From a virus (Duplodnaviria; Caudoviricetes), in the IMG/VR virus record IMGVR_UViG_3300048850_000003, positions 1-25,357 of that record: DNA of 25,357 nt; one strand, 5' to 3'. Both the position numbers and the translations under genes were made by a program. Numbering within the stretch: position 1 is the stretch's first letter; every line of letters begins with the position of its first letter. Below the pieces are notes generated by a model, which worked only from the letters and a program-made list of their open reading frames with translations, was not told where the DNA came from and made no database searches. Below, one piece after another: positions 24,425 through 25,357 of the stretch.

Positions 24425-24747
24425 TCGGGTTTCCAGTGCAATAGCTCGTCCGCCACGGCCAGTATCTGCGCCGGTTCAAACTGCTGGATTCGGTTGAAGA
24501 GCGCCCGGACGCGCCGCGGGTTCTCGCCCACGACGTGGGCAGTTAGGCCCCGCAGGCAGCGGAAATCGAGCGTGGCTGGGTTGTCGGTTGGCAGAACGTC
24601 AATCTCCGCCAGGAACCCGTTTGCAAGCAGGTTCTCAGGGTGCGTGGCTTCGAAGTACTGGGGTTCAGCATCCAGGGCCATGACCCATACGTCGGTGGGT
24701 GCGTAGCCCCGCAGGCGTAGGCCGATGATCGCGTTCTGGCCGTTCAT
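24421..24747 (-). CDS. Hypothetical replication-module protein
   Basis: ATGA-coupled between the initiator and the helicase. Confidence 0.65.
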   Translation of the reverse strand: MNGQNAIIGLRLRGYAPTDVWVMALDAEPQYFEATHPENLLANGFLAEIDVLPTDNPATLDFRCLRGLTAHVVGENPRRVRALFNRIQQFEPAQILAVADELLHWKPE

Positions 24748-25357
24748 ATCGCCCCCGCCCAAGGTGTGTCGGCAGGCTTGGTACGTTCACCGATGTACTG
24801 CTCAAACTTCGTTCGGTTGAACAAGGTCCCAGGCCGGAGGTACTCGGACATCTTCGGGTCTTCACCCCACTGCGCCACCTTCGCATCGATCACCGCAATG
24901 CAGTCAGCCACGGCGGCGCCATCCTTCAGTCTGGCGACGATCATGTCGATGTTTGCATCCACCAAACGGAACTCCTTCCCGGTCTTGTTGTTCAGGTGGT
25001 TGAGGATTTCCTTGGCTTCTTCACGGCGGGATTCGTCGGGCTTGCCCGACAATGTATTTATTCCCTTCCCTTCCCTTCCCTTCCCTCTTGGAGTCCTCCG
25101 TGAGTCCTCAGTGAAATCAGGTTCGGGGATCGAAGATGCGGAAGGACGGTTGATAACCTGGTGCTTCTTGAAACCCTTGATATTTAAGTACTTTTCACCA
25201 TTCACGGAGTACTCAGTGACTCGTCCGTGAGCGATAAGCTCTTGAATCAACGGCTCGCAGTCGACCAAATCGGCAGGGAAAACCTGCATCTTTAGCTTCT
25301 TCGGAGACCGATGCAGATTGCCGTTGTCGTCAGCGAAGTTCCACATGCCAATGAACA
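24744..25357 (-). CDS. Phage replication initiator (replisome organiser-like N-terminus, conserved phage C-terminal domain), 5'-truncated by the window
   Basis: LFIGMWNFADDNG, FKKHQVINRPS, and C-terminal ILNHLNNKTGKEF...YLRPGTLFNRTKFEQY. Confidence 0.8.
   Translation of the reverse strand, partial: FIGMWNFADDNGNLHRSPKKLKMQVFPADLVDCEPLIQELIAHGRVTEYSVNGEKYLNIKGFKKHQVINRPSASSIPEPDFTEDSRRTPRGKGREGKGINTLSGKPDESRREEAKEILNHLNNKTGKEFRLVDANIDMIVARLKDGAAVADCIAVIDAKVAQWGEDPKMSEYLRPGTLFNRTKFEQYIGERTKPADTPWAGAI
25051..25231. repeat. Candidate replication origin inside the initiator gene
   Basis: 11-mers gagtcctccgt (25091), gagtcctcagt (25102), gagtactcagt (25207), gactcgtccgt (25218); (TTCCC)5 at 25061-25085; short AT-rich patch at 25051-25062. 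Confidence 0.5.

Larger units (their letters stand above)
110..25357 (-). mobile_element. Temperate podovirus-like prophage (continues beyond the right edge of the window)
   Basis: Contiguous replication, Q, terminase, portal, capsid, tail hub, ejection, fibre and lysis genes; no tape measure or sheath gene; bounded by the tRNA-fragment att. Confidence 0.95.

Overview
One end and roughly 25 kb of a temperate, short-tailed (podovirus-type, P22-like gene order) prophage in a GC-rich, probably proteobacterial host. Host DNA occupies only about 1-109. It is followed by a 17-bp duplicated tRNA-Leu-like 3' end (att core, 110-126) and a + strand AT3 acyltransferase moron. All core phage genes are on the - strand. 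Read in transcription order (right to left) they are: replication initiator (truncated) with iteron-like repeats, SF4 helicase, small nin-like genes, Q-like antiterminator, late promoter with a highly structured ~270-nt leader RNA, head-fibre-like gene, terminases, portal, Zn-ribbon protein, scaffold, major capsid, decoration protein, adaptor, tail hub, GNAT, four ejection proteins, tail fibre plus chaperone, and lysis genes. The most notable items are: (i) an unannotated, translationally coupled 51-aa early gene that aligns without gaps to the N-terminus of the phage's own major capsid protein (possible capsid mimic or decoy); (ii) a switch-like, tRNA-like late leader RNA; (iii) an ejection protein with two copy-number-matched 14-aa repeat arrays, a P22 gp7-like leader and an S74-like C-terminus, next to a GNAT; (iv) a hidden antisense membrane peptide at the P22 sieA-like position. 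Functional calls come from motif recognition and synteny only; no database searches were run.
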